Shown: positions 1 to 12,222 of the stretch, piece by piece
How the letters are laid out: each line of letters starts with the position of its first letter
How positions within the stretch are numbered: the first letter of the stretch is position 1
Source: Azolla caroliniana
Lineage: Eukaryota > Plantae > Polypodiophyta
Assembly (NCBI GenBank): GCA_043228905.1
Contig: JBHGNT010000015.1
Coordinates: 7,440,001 to 7,504,000 of the forward strand
Reading direction: 5' to 3'
DNA length: 64,000 bases
Program-made: the position numbers and the translations under genes
The notes under the pieces: generated by a model
The model's database searches: none
Told to the model about the DNA's origin: nothing
What the model saw: only the letters and a program-made list of their open reading frames with translations

Positions 1-1122
1 TGATCGCGTGGTTTTCTTCTAGAGCAACATCGATTGAAGCTCGAAAAATGACGGTGTGTTCTCCCTTGTGCAGACCGACGTTAGGAATGCTCCGAACTTA
101 GATGCTAACCCTCCAAGGCAAACCTGCACCATTTCATCCTCCTTGATGTTCACTTTGACGGAGGCGAGAGAGTCGCAAATCTCTTTGATTCGAGCTGTAT
201 AATTGGCCATAGATAGATCTTTCTACCGGACATTGCTTAGCTCATGCCTGAGCTGCAACTTCCTGGCCGTCGTGCAGGCGACAAAAATCCTTTTGAGATT
301 CGCCCCTGCGTCCTTTAGCGTCTTGGCATCCCGAATGTAGCTCAAGAGTTGATCGCTCACACAGGACGCAAAACAGTACAAAACTTTGCTTGCTGCCTGT
401 TCCTAGGCTAGGAAGTCTCTTTGTGTCAATTCGGGTGCTACATCATTAGCTCCTTTGATATAACTCCAGTAGCCATGGCCGAGCAGGTACTGATGCATCT
501 TAAATGATCAAGATGCGTACTTGCTCCTATCGAGCTTTTTAGTCAGAAGCGAGCTTCCCATTCCTCTGTCCATATTTTTGTCGTATCTTTTTCGAAAAAC
601 GAGAAAACTTGACTCTGTCTTGATCGCTTGCTTTTTCTGTCGGCTGTAGAGGAGTCTCAACCCTCGTGCTCTGATACCATATAAAAGAATACGATGTGCG
701 GAAGTGTGCATACAAGACACGGAGTATAGTGTTGATGTTTGGAAACACAATTGTTCGGTAAATGCAGAGAACACAGAGAATGAGAGACAGAGAGAGCATA
801 CACAAAATTATTTCAAAGGAATAACGCTCTGTACATACTTCGTGCTCGGTGAGCACTTTTTATTCAAGCCTTGACAAGTGGGCTGACACAAGTACCGTTA
901 GTACTTGAATGCTCATAAATGAGCCTGAAACTAATTTTGTATACAATATTCCTATTTACTGTACCAGGAATATAGTCTATTAACGGCCTACCCGAGTCCC
1001 TCACCACATGGCTCTCAGTTCTCGATCCTACGGCCGATTTGGGTCTCTCCGATCGGTCTTCAACCGATTTGGTTCTTGGCTTCTTCCGCCACTCAACTTG
1101 AGTTGAGCTTGCTCACTCAACA
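1..1122 (-). mobile_element. Ty1/Copia LTR retrotransposon, 5' part (family A): 5' LTR ~682-1122, tRNA-iMet PBS, decayed gag; runs off the left edge
   Basis: Minus-strand LTR starts TGTTGAG at 1122. PBS TGGTATCAGAGC at 679-668. Gag fragments (MDRGMGSSLLTKKLDRSKYAS; YTARIKEICDSLASVKVNIKEDEMVQVCLGGL) match the element at 62882 onward. Confidence 0.9.
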
Positions 1123-1142
1123 ACAATGTACTAAACCAAACA

Positions 1143-1615
1143 CTCTAATACCATGTTAATAATTAGGTAATTAACTATGGTTAATTAGTGTCTAATTATG
1201 TGAGTAGTTGATAACGCAGCAAAAGATTATGTGATATGTGTGTGTATGTGTGTGAGAGGAAGACAAAGAGGAAGTTACACTTATGAATAATAAGATAAAT
1301 GGGGGATGATTAACAAAAGTGTAGCTAAAGACCTTTCTCTATATTAATAACCATCAAAATACAATGATATCCACAATGTGGTATATATACATCTCATGTG
1401 CAAGGGTGCACATATGTGAGGAGAATATAGGTACAAGGATGTAAGGCCTATATTCAATGAACTTGGTAGTGAAGGTTCTAGAATGTATCCCACTCAAGTA
1501 CAAAATCTTATTTAAGGCTTTAAGTTCGACACTTCTAACTAGATTCTAATTATGTAACTACTAAGTTACATGGTTAACTAAATAGCTAAACCTAATTGTG
1601 CTTGATATCTCAATA
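1143..1615 (-). mobile_element. Copia family B 5' LTR (1154-1615) plus degenerate PBS; the family A element sits ~20 bp past this PBS
   Basis: Aligns along its length with the LTRs at 42274-42722 and 44718-45161. PBS-like TGGTATTAGAG on minus at 1153-1143. Confidence 0.85.
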
Positions 1616-3352
1616 GGAAACATGTTCGATATAATCAATTATCAACCCCAAGTTGTCAATTCATCCCCACATGAATTCTTAAGAGTGCACAGTTTATGAT
1701 AGCGCCCTAAATGAGGAGTAACTATTGTGCAACCCAACCACATGGGTCGATAATGTTTCAATGTAGGAACCGTGGATGAGTAGGAGATAATGTATTTAGG
1801 AAAGAGGGAAGTAGGATTATAGGATTTACTAGTCAAGTTGACTAGAAGAATAATCTATGGGCAAATTAACATGTACTTAGTCTTGAAGTATATGCCATTG
1901 ACTCCATTGACTTTAAGATAAGTACTATCTAGCACTAGCTTGTATCGAAGGAGTTGGATCAATCATCATATTAAATGACAAGTCAATTGACAAAAAATGA
2001 ATATCCCCACTACTATCAACTGACTTGCACATTTAATGTGACACATACCAAACAGAGAATATATATCCACTCTCTCTCTCTTACATAGTGGTTGTGACTA
2101 TTATTGGTCCCCACTAATTTTGTAGTCAACGAGTCTAGATCCCACCTAAGATTTTAGGTGTGAGTGCATGTGTGGACTACCATTGTGAGCTACTCTAATA
2201 TGTATTAGAAAGTTATATATTCTAGATTAGTATTTGATAGGCAAGAATCCATGCTTTGACAATCTTCAAAGTGCACAACACCAAGGATAAGTGCAAATAT
2301 TCCAATCTTTTGCACACTCCATTATTATTACACATGAGCTCACTTATAATAACATAATATCACACACACATTCTAGCACACAAGTTTGTTGAGACGACCA
2401 TGTCACAACTCAAAGAAGGTAGAAGAAGGGACCAATAAACTACCATGACTTGCAATTTTTTTTGAGAAAGCTATATCCCTCCGTGGTCCTGCTCAAGTAA
2501 CACACTATGCGCAAATGTATGTGACACTAATCAATCACTTTTACAACATCACTACATGCTTTATTCAATGTATAGAAATTCCTTTGAAATCTATTGCGGC
2601 TTCCACATCTCTAATTTAATGTTCATGTTATCTAGCGCTTTATTGTTGTGCCATTGATTTGGTGATTCAATATTATCATTATAATGTCCATGTAAATCAA
2701 ATACCTTTCCATGAACAAAGATTACTCAATTTAATTGTAAATGGCTTCAAAGATATGTTTCCTAACGAACTACCACCCAATTTGAACTCCAGACACCAAA
2801 AGCTCCAAGCCTCCTTCACATAATGAAACATTATAAGAAGTTGACCTCAACTGGTATATTGAAGATCGAGGTTTTTAAAGGTATTGGTTGATCCAAATGC
2901 CCCTTGACATGTAAGAACTGGTTTCGATATGTACCTTTTCATCTCCTATCTGTTGCTCTCTATTAAATTCCTCGTATCTTTGTTGTAGCATGTCTCTTCA
3001 AATTCCCCCCTTTATCCCTCTTAATTCTCCTCTAATTTTCATTTACCCTTTTCGCCCCCTACTTGGCTTCCCTTTCTAGTTTTCCCATATCTCACAAAGT
3101 CCTTATGGGTTTGTCCCAAAATGCTAAGCTAATTAGTTTCTCATTGATCCTCATTGTAAACCATTTGAATTAGCATGATGGCATGCTTATATCATCTGCA
3201 ACTTACACATTTTCGGATGGAGTCAAATTTAACTCTCTTTGATTTCATAGTCCGTTAGGACCTTGGGCTAGCAGCACCATTGGCTGCGTAAAGGAAAAGC
3301 GAGAGCATTCATGATAAATGGTGACTATGAGTTGAACAACTAATGGAGGGAA

Positions 3353-3490
3353 TATGTATGTATATTTGTTATACATATATGTATGTACATACTCTGTCAT
3401 ATACATACATACATATATGTATGATATATGTATGTATAATGTACATATGTACATACATTATGTATGTATGTATGTATGTATGTATATGCA
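3353..3490. repeat. Degenerate (TATG)n/(TACA)n microsatellite just upstream of the STR8 start
   Basis: Visible simple repeat; it explains the MYV-rich ORFs at 3245-3579. Confidence 0.85.
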
Positions 3491-3541
3491 AAGCAAAGAC
3501 TTCATGCTCCTCCCTCCATCGCTTGAGGCAAGAGGAGGCAG

Positions 3542-6500
3542 ATGAAGATGAGGTATCGATGGCTTTCCAACTCCACTGAAGCCTGCCTCCTGGCAGTCCG
3601 CGAGACGCTCATCTTCCATAGCTCCCTCCTCATCGGCAGAAGACTTCTTCCAATTACCAGAAGAAGAAGAAGAAGATGCTCCTTATCCTCCTCCTCTCCT
3701 CCTCCTTCTTCTTCAGGCAGGCCATGGCACTTACTCTCTTTCCATACCTCTGCTTCCCCTCAAGGGAGATATATCCCTCTTACAGATGTAGAGAAATACT
3801 CCGTCACAGATATGGAGAACTTTGAGCAATTGTCTTCAGATGATTCCGAGAATGAGGTGGAAGATGGAAAGAACGTGGCTCATTTGCAGAAAGCGGAGAA
3901 GCAGTACTTGGTCGTTAACTTCTATGTTCTCGTTGACGTAGAGGATCCTAAGCTTGAAGTGGCACGCCATTCTTCTTTCATGGAGGTAGAACTGTACCAT
4001 CATTTGCTTTATTTTGGTTGGGGGCATATAGATAATATAACTAGCTTCTTGTTAGATGAAAATTGTGCGTGTATTACTAGTGCCTACACACAGCTAGATT
4101 CGTAGAAAAAGGTAAGAGTTTACAATTAATGGAGGAGAGAGTTAATTTTATGGCTTTCATTTAGTATTGGTTTTGCAAATTCGCAGCTGTACCGTAAAGA
4201 TAAATCGCTCAAATAGTAATAACATAAGAAAAACTGAGAAGGTGCGCTGATTGAACAATAATTAGCTTGACATTATGGGATGTGAGAAGATGGAAGGATT
4301 CTCTTCTATGGGTTGGGAACTCAGTGACTTGAGCATTGGGATACATGTATTTATGTATGTATGTGTGTATGTATGTGCATGTGCATGTGCATGGATAGAT
4401 GCATGGATACTATATGTATGTACGAATGTATACATGCATACAATGTATTAATGTATGTATATGCATGGATACTATATGTATGTACGCATGTATCTATGCA
4501 TAAAATGTATTAATGTATGAATGCATGCATGTATATATGTACAAAGACATAGCGATCTTGATTGGGATTTGAACCATGACGTGTGTGCCACAAACTGAAA
4601 TGTTCTGATGAAAACGATATGATGTGAGTGGCTGCTTTGGTTGTTAGCAGTGTGCGGCTACTAATGCCAATGTTATGGTGGCCAAAATGAAGATCCATTG
4701 ATGACACGTCAAAGCATTTTTTATTAGGACCATTAGTCTAACTGAAATTTGTGAATTCAATGACATATGAAAGTTTGAACAATTGCCCTTGTGTAAACTC
4801 ATGCTTATTTAAGTGGGCATATTGATTCTGGCTACTGAGAAGAAAGTAACAATATTTTCTCGACAAATTGGAGGTTTATTGAGATCATTTACCGGAAAGT
4901 GAATGATTATTTTAAGGGGATTGTTGGTCATTGATGTGCTTGCCAGCGAAGGGGACTGTAATTAATCATCATAGCACTTATTTACTCAGGTGTCAGGATG
5001 CATGCAACAACTACTGTCGTTGATGACGTTGTCGTGATGTTTTTCGTCCATGGTGAGAAAACCGAGCGGGATAGAGAAAACGGAGATGTGCAACATTGCA
5101 CATGAACTTAGGGAAATTGTAACATAGGGACAAATAAGCAAACATAAAGCGTAAGGAGTTAAGGTGCTCTACAAAGTTGTTAAGTGTAAATGTGATGTGC
5201 ACTTTGTAGACTAGAGGGAGGTACATAGAGAATCAGTGTAAGAGTGATAGGCATTGAGTAGGACGGCTAGAGGAGAGAGAGTTAAGGCCCATCAATCTCG
5301 AGATCGGGGCAAATATTCTCCTTTGAATGAAAAGGGGAATTGACCACTCCTATTGTATTGTGCCTCACCCCTTACCACTATAAAAGGGAGTGAGGGGTCC
5401 CTTTTGAGGGGTTGCCTATTTTGCGTATGGGAGGTATACCACTTAGTCGAGAGTTCTTACCGTTTTAGGGTTAGGGTTTCGTTTAGGGTTTCCTTATTCA
5501 TCTTCGGTTAAGGTTTTCTCATAGTCGTTTGGTGCGGCCCATGCGGCCACCACTGTTGTAATAATTCGTTTGTTTTAATATAACTTGTTGAGTATCTTGC
5601 CTCCGCGATCTCTCCTTCTATGTCATGATCTTATTCTTTCCTCTTCTCCTCTTGAGCTAAGCTTCCATATCATATCTTATTCTTTCTCCCCTACTCCCTA
5701 GTCCAAGACCCCCGCGGTCCCGCCTCGGATCCTACACGTACTCGCAGAATATCGCGACAACGTGCTCTCAGAAAAAGTCTGAATTACAATCATTTTTCAT
5801 TCAGGATCACTCATTAGGGGAACATGGCAATGCTGAATTCATTATAATCTTCTTGTTCTAATATTATCTCTTGGTAGATTGTATATTCATGATCAACTAT
5901 TTCCTTTTCATGTGCTAAATTATTGTACATGGGAGGACTGATTGTTGCATGTTAATGCACAAATATTAAGCCAGAAACATATTAGATCCAAACATCCAAA
6001 GTGTTTTTAAAGGTGTTTTTCTGAGATCATAGAACATGAAGAAAACATCTTCAATGGAATGTGTGATGGCTGATGTCTCAAACGTGAAGGAAACTGAAAT
6101 AATTGTTGGTCACCAGCGAAGCTACCAATATATCAATGGATGTCTAGAAATGACAAAAACTGTGGCACTAAAAGAAAGCCGTCCCTTACTAATTGATATT
6201 CGGAGCAAGACCAAAGTGCAAACGTGAAAATAAGTTGAGATGTCTCGTGTTAAAACTTAGTATGTTCCACCCACTTCATAGGCCTTCTCCTAATCCACCT
6301 GTTACCATCATCATTTCATAATGAGAATACTTATCATAATGGACAAGCATCTGTACTCTAAAAATATTACGAAGGATTTCTTGTGCTGCTATGAAACCAT
6401 ATTGAACAGGGTGAATCAATGTACCGAACGGGGTGATTCAAGAATTCTCATCCTCTCATAAAGTTTAAAAGAATGGCTTCTAGGTCAAGTTCAGGAGAGT

Positions 6501-9500
6501 CAAGCGTAAGTGAAAAGCAATCTCTGAGGACACTTCACTATTTGTAAGAGTATGAGAATGTGGCTTGCCTACCTGTCAGTTGGATCTGTGTGATATGTAT
6601 GATGCCATAACTGGGTAAATTTTTTGAGACACAGACACAATATAGTGAGTATGTAATAGGCCATCATGTAAAAGGCTAAATTTTATTGAGCATGAATAGA
6701 ACGTGTGAACTGAAAAAACTCATGAGATCCACAATTATTTTCTTTTACTAGAGCTTCAGTTTTTTTGCCTGCTGAATCCTGATACCTCACACTCATGAAC
6801 GCCTTCATTCACTTGCACCTGAGCATTTAATTTTTGTAGTTCAAGCTATTGTGGTCTTAGAAAGAAAGTTTTGTTTGTTTTAGAAGCCAACTCAAATATA
6901 TTAATCTGGTTGGTACTTCTCTTGCATTACAGGGTAAAGATATACATGGGAGAATCTATATCAGCTCTCAAGGCATAAATGCCCAGGTATCAATGTTATG
7001 GTTGTGTCTTTGCTCTTCAACATGTGTGTAAAAAGATTAGTAAGGTATTTATTATCCTGAAAGTTGTCAAACAATGTTGGAAGTTTCAGAACAGTAAAAC
7101 ATAACTCAGGAAACACAAACCTTCTAAATTAACAAGAATAAATGCTAATGAGTAGAGAAATGTATCAAGGTTAATTTGGTGCATCATGGTTCAGTATAGT
7201 GGACCTCGAGAAGACGTGATGATATATGCACAATGGGTCAAGGATGATCCACGATTTTCTCATCTCTATGTCCAAGTCTCACCTTCTTTTAATGGTCACG
7301 CATTTCCCAGGCTCAGACTACAATATAAGCCTTCTCTGGTTCAGGTCAGTTGCAGCTTTATTACAATTTATATCGTAAGCACTGTTTTGGGGAGCTGTAA
7401 AATGTGACTGAATTATAGAAGTTCCTTTTTACATATCTTGTGAAATCCGCTTGTGAAGGTAGATGGTGGTACACTGGGCCTTCCAATAACTGATCCGTCA
7501 TCAAGAGCTGTCCCTTTGTCTCCGCAGAATTGGAAGCAGAGATTATTGCAAGCAGAAAAATCAAAGCTTTTTCAGAATTGTAATATGCCTGGCAAAGAGG
7601 ATAATGGCGAGTCAATAGAGAGGCCCGTGCTTCTTTTGGATGTAAGAAATGGTAGGAGAATTTGTTCAAGGACGAAGTATCAATCTTTTAGAATTCTTAA
7701 ATTTATCATGGAAGATTCCTGAAAGAAAATATTATTTGATTCCTTTTTCTTTAGAGTTTCTGTCATGCATTCTTGAAAGTGTTTTCATCTTCTTGATTAT
7801 TTTAATAATTGATGGTTGTAGGTTATGAATGGGATATTGGACATTTTAAAGGTGCACGAAGACCTCCAGTAGAATGTTTTAAGAGCACTGAATTCGGACT
7901 ACAATATAATGAGGTTTAGCCTTCAAACCCAAATTAAGAGAGACACAAATATAAGAAATCCAGGGAATGAAACATCCTTGAGATTCTAGAAAATATACCA
8001 GATTACTGTAGTATAATTCAACCTCGCTCATGAATAGATTAGATTATGATTTGCCATTGGATCTGATCCTCAATGCGTCCTCATTTGTTTTGTTTGTAAA
8101 AAAACTATCTTTTGCATGAGCTCCAAACATCAACACACTATATGGCCAGAAACCAAGCATCTTCTCTTGTTTATCTGGGTGTGGGTGGCGTGAAGATTGT
8201 AATACAATTCATCTTTTCTTTAATAATGGACAGTCTATGTGATATGGCCAGGATAAAGAGGACCCACTTGCAAATGTGGACAAGGAGAATACCGATGTAC
8301 TAATGTACTGCACAGGTGGTATACGTTGCGATGTTTATTCAGCCTTACTAAGGTATGGCTTCCGTCATTTTTAGTTTCAGAATAAAGTTATTTACACATC
8401 ATTGACTAGGGAGGGGGGAAGTTGGCCTAATGATTCAGACCCTTGCTATAGATCAGGAGCTCAATTTCTATCCTCGCTCTCAGTTGTCAGAAGTGGCGAT
8501 GGCCCTGTTTAGGAGAGAAAATAAGACTTTTCGCACTAGAACAGTGGGAAAGTATCGTCTTTACACATCCTAGTTTCATTTCTTTTGTTAGCTTATTTGA
8601 ATTTTTAGATTCTAAACATGATGGTGTAGTGGTGAAGTTAGTGCTCTACACCTTTACGATTACAGTTTTGATGTTGCATTCATAATAAGAGATACTTCAT
8701 ATTTTAGTTTGAGTTCATGTATGCCAGTGGTGTGAACCTGAAAAATGTCTTTGTAAGATTGACATTGATGTTTTTTCCATAATACAAAGAGTGAAAATGA
8801 TGAGCCATTTGCCTTTTGAAAGGAAATCTCCAGCATCATAAATTCTCTTCATATGTCATGAACAGAAAGCAGGGTTTCAAAAACTTGTACAGTTTGCAAG
8901 GAGGAGTTGCCAGGTATCTGATAGAAGAAAATGGTGAAAACTGGCTGGGGAATCTATTTGTTTTCGATTCTCGTCTTGCCGTACCACCTTCGAATTACAA
9001 ATTAGACTTGGATTCTGGCTTAAACGTGATGAGTAAGGATGTAAATGATGAGTTAGTGACTCACACTACTCAAGTGGAATTTTGCCAATGCAGCCTATGT
9101 AATGGACCTCTTTCGAGTATAAGACATCGCAATTGTACGAATCTGGACTGCAATAAATTGTTCTTGTAAGCTTCTCTTACTCTGTTTATACTATTGATTG
9201 GAGCCAATTTTTAATTGAGATTGCAAGTTTTTTTTGATGACACCATTTTTTTCTAAATTGAGAAGTAAATGGTATGTAATTCATAAACATCATCTGTGGT
9301 TTATTAGATTGGAAGTATTAAATACGATCCAATAGTTTAGTAGTATTACAAATTCCTAAAACTAGTGGTTCATATATGTAACTATTTTTGGATGGCTTTA
9401 CAGATGTTGTGGGGAATGTGCTCATAAAATGAAGGGATGTTGTTCTTTTGGGTGCACATCTGCTCCTCGTCAACGGCCGTATTTGGTCGATGCTCAACAA

Positions 9501-9620
9501 TACAAACGTTGGCATAACTACAGGAAAGATGATTTGTTGGCAAGGCCTCCCAATTATTTGGGAACAAGAGCTAAACGGAGACTACGACGTCTAGAACAAA
9601 GCCAGAAGGCAAGTAATTGA
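3542..9620 (+). CDS. STR8: Rhodanese-like domain protein 8 (STR8; TrhO/YceA family), probably plastid-targeted, 8 exons, 516 aa
   Basis: Exons 3542-3985, 6933-6986, 7195-7344, 7459-7651, 7822-7913, 8252-8352, 8866-9165, 9404-9620. All introns are GT-AG and phases are consistent (1551 nt). Motifs GRIYISSQGINAQYSG, LLLDVRNGYEWDIGHF, MYCTGGIRCDVYS, LYSLQGGV, LFVFDSRL, HRNCTNLDCNKLFLCC. Ser/Arg-rich N-terminus. Family recognised from memory. Confidence 0.93.
5030..5759 (+). mobile_element. Solo LTR (730 bp) in intron 1 of STR8
   Basis: TG...CA ends with imperfect terminal inverted repeat (TGTCGTGATGTT / AATATCGCGACA). ACGT direct repeat on both sides (5026-5029, 5760-5763). TATAAAA near 5379, then telobox-like TAGGGTT and CT-rich tracts. 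Confidence 0.75.
8401..8559 (+). mobile_element. Possible degenerate tRNA-derived SINE in STR8 intron 6
   Basis: Flanked by the 10-bp direct repeat TTTACACATC (8391-8400, 8560-8569). A-box-like TGGCCTAATGA at 8423-8433. B-box weak and no poly(A). Confidence 0.35.
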
Positions 9621-10460
9621 AATAACAGAAGACTAGACGTCCATTTTGCCGTCCCGGCTGGTCACTAGGTCCTCATAGACATGCTTCATATTGTTCAATG
9701 GGGTGGATGTTTAACCTCCTGATAATAAAGAAAGGAAATATTATGAAAATTTTTATGACACATGTATCTTGAGATGAATGTTTCTCTACTATTGGGTTGT
9801 TTCAACCTTGCAATCTAAATGCTCTATTATCTCTATTTATCATGAATTTTGTTTACGCCAATCAAGAGCCATTCTCCCCTTCAGATTCTTAAGCGGGAAC
9901 TTTGATGAGAATAATGAATATGGTAATCCACAAACAATGGTGTTTTGGACTTGGTATTTCTGAATCATTTGAAATTACTTACGCTATAGTCTATGACGAC
10001 ATCTCATGTGTCATATGGCTTACAATATACGCATGTGGTGCCATAATTTCGGAACACATCTAGGTCCATAGTGTTGTCACAGTTGTGTTTTCGAACAAGC
10101 ATGTGTCCTCTGAGTTGTATATAGGAGTGTAACATGTAGCAATTCACATTAAATCGGAAAGTTTTACCTGATGTCCATATTATGATAAACACTGCCTTAT
10201 TAATCCATCATCACAAATCTAGACATATATTGGAAATAGCAAACGATAAATATTCGATATATATATGTTTCCAGCTTTTGCACTGATGGTAATGGCTATT
10301 TTATATATTCCCAACTTTTGGCAATGATATTGGTAATGGCTATAACTATTTTATATTAATTTTTTTCTTCGATGATTGATGGTTCAGTCCTTTACAATCA
10401 TAGGAGGCACAGTGTAAGAATGGATCGGATAATTTGAAAGCACTCTTCCCAAACAATAAT

Positions 10461-10909
10461 CTAGTTATTGGTTGGAGTATGTGTTGTGGCACGATGGTAG
10501 TCAACATGATACATTACATCATTCAAAGATGTGTGAGGAAGAGGGGGCAGGGGTGGTGGTGGTGATGGAACTCTTGGATCTTGAGGAGTCATTGTCTTCT
10601 TCTTCTTCTTCTTCTTCAATAATGCGTTTGGAACTCTCGCTACTCGCATGTGTCCGAGTAACGTGGTCCTCGTTTGATGACCCACCTCATCTCTATTCAT
10701 ATGCATATGAACCCCCCCATCATCGTCTACTAACTTTCTCATGATTCGCTCAATGTTTGCATCTTGTTGATCCTTAGCCAGAATCTCTGCTGCTTTTGTA
10801 GGTTTAGGTTTAGCACCCTCCAGAATGGGCTGGATTTTGGAAAAGGCAGTTAAAGTTGTTAATAAACAAGTCGTTAAGGTTACATACAAACCTATTCTCT
10901 ATTCTCTCT

Positions 10910-10942
<33 letters not shown>

Positions 10943-11703
10943 TACATACATACATACATACATGATACATACATACGCACGCGCCACACACGCCACATAC
11001 CTACGCACGCACCACGCACGCCACATACACACGCACGCACAAAAATACACACAGACACTTGAATCCAACTATGTGGTGGAATTGGATATGGCAGATTTCC
11101 ATCCACGTTTCTTTGATACTTTGGATTCGTTTATTTAAGCAGGAATTGGTTCATTGATAAGGCGCATAAATTTCTGATACAGAGATTGCTGGGTGCATAG
11201 AACGTAAAGTAGCGTATTGATTCACTGTTGTTTTTGCTTGACCAAGATCAGTCAGGAAACGTAATACGCGTGTTCATCGAGTAAAAGAAAGATTCGCGTG
11301 GATAAAGTACTTCAATTTTCAATGAGTTTGATTCATCCTAATCTCAACAAAAAAATGGATTTGATTGCACACTCATAAACATCAAATACAAGAAGAGTCA
11401 TCCCCCAAAGCTTGTGATCCGAACCTTTTGTTGAGAGAAATCACTAGGGCGACCTGGAAAGAAGAAGAAAAAACACAAAAATTAATCCTTTTTCTTTTTC
11501 TTTTTCTTTTGGCATGTTCTTTCCCAAGAAGAATATAAGCAAGCAACAGAGAGGATTGGTTTAGATTTTAGATTAGTTTTACCTGTGAAGACATTGTGAG
11601 GAGGAGGAGCAGCAGAAGAAAGGGGTAGGAGCAGTAATAGTAGTAGTAGTAGAAGGGCATACAAAATGATGATGAAGGATATGGTGGTGGTTGCACGATC
11701 CAT
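10461..11703 (-). CDS. RGF: RGF/GOLVEN/CLEL-family secreted sulfopeptide precursor, 3 exons, 172 aa; predicted mature peptide DYHRATTHTPTNN
   Basis: Exons 11703-11583 (signal peptide MDRATTTISFIIILYALLLLLLLLLLPLSSA), 11453-11425 (29 nt, strong polypyrimidine acceptor) and 10829-10461. GT-AG introns in phases 1 and 0, 519 nt total. C-terminal 13-mer D-Y-x5-H-x-P-x-N-N directly before the stop fits the RGF consensus. Confidence 0.88.
10905..11055. repeat. Compound (CT)n(CA)n(CATA)n/(CACG)n microsatellite in RGF intron 2
   Basis: Directly visible. Confidence 0.85.
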
Positions 11704-11988
11704 TATTTCTGCCACTGCTTCTACTTGCAGCTAATCAAAGCATGTGATGTAATGTAATAATGAAGGAAGGAGGAAGAGATAATTGGATCCCATGCCTATT
11801 TATACACACACTCACTCACTCACTCACTCACTATTCCAATTTGTATACATATATAAATTCATATGTGTCTGTGTTTGTGAATGTAAAGAAATCTATATAT
11901 GTATATATTTTTTAATCTCCTTCTCTTTAGATTTGCCTTTCTCTCTTGAGGGGGGACCCTCCCACTTGGATTGGATCCACGGAGAGCC

Positions 11989-11993
<5 letters not shown>

Positions 11994-12033
<40 letters not shown>
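11994..12033. repeat. (TA)n microsatellite about 300 bp upstream of the RGF ATG
   Basis: Directly visible, about 20 units. Confidence 0.9.
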
Positions 12034-12036
<3 letters not shown>

Positions 12037-12222
12037 GTTGTAGATTCCTCCTCTTCATCAAGTGGGTTTCTTTATGTACGTAGTGCACCTAGAAATCAAA
12101 ATGTTCAGCTCTCCCACAAATAGCATCATCCCATATTCTAGTTTCCAAGACTGTCTAAAATTTTCATTTTCCATTTCTTCTTTTCTTCCTATGAAGCTTC
12201 CATTACATATATCCATGATAAT

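Noticed and set aside
3245-3579. MYV/YIH-rich ORFs, also at 10810-11106, 11783-12043, 40344-40677 and 46758-47047
   Set aside because: They are translations of microsatellites.
5464-5491. TTTAGGG motifs here and at 54465-54580 as interstitial telomere
   Set aside because: Only scattered telobox-like copies inside TE promoter regions, not a tandem tract.
10830-10889. N-terminus of ORF 10461-10889 as its own signal peptide; also the C-terminus of ORF 11482-11715
   Set aside because: Both are intron read-through with non-ATG starts. The spliced three-exon model fits better.
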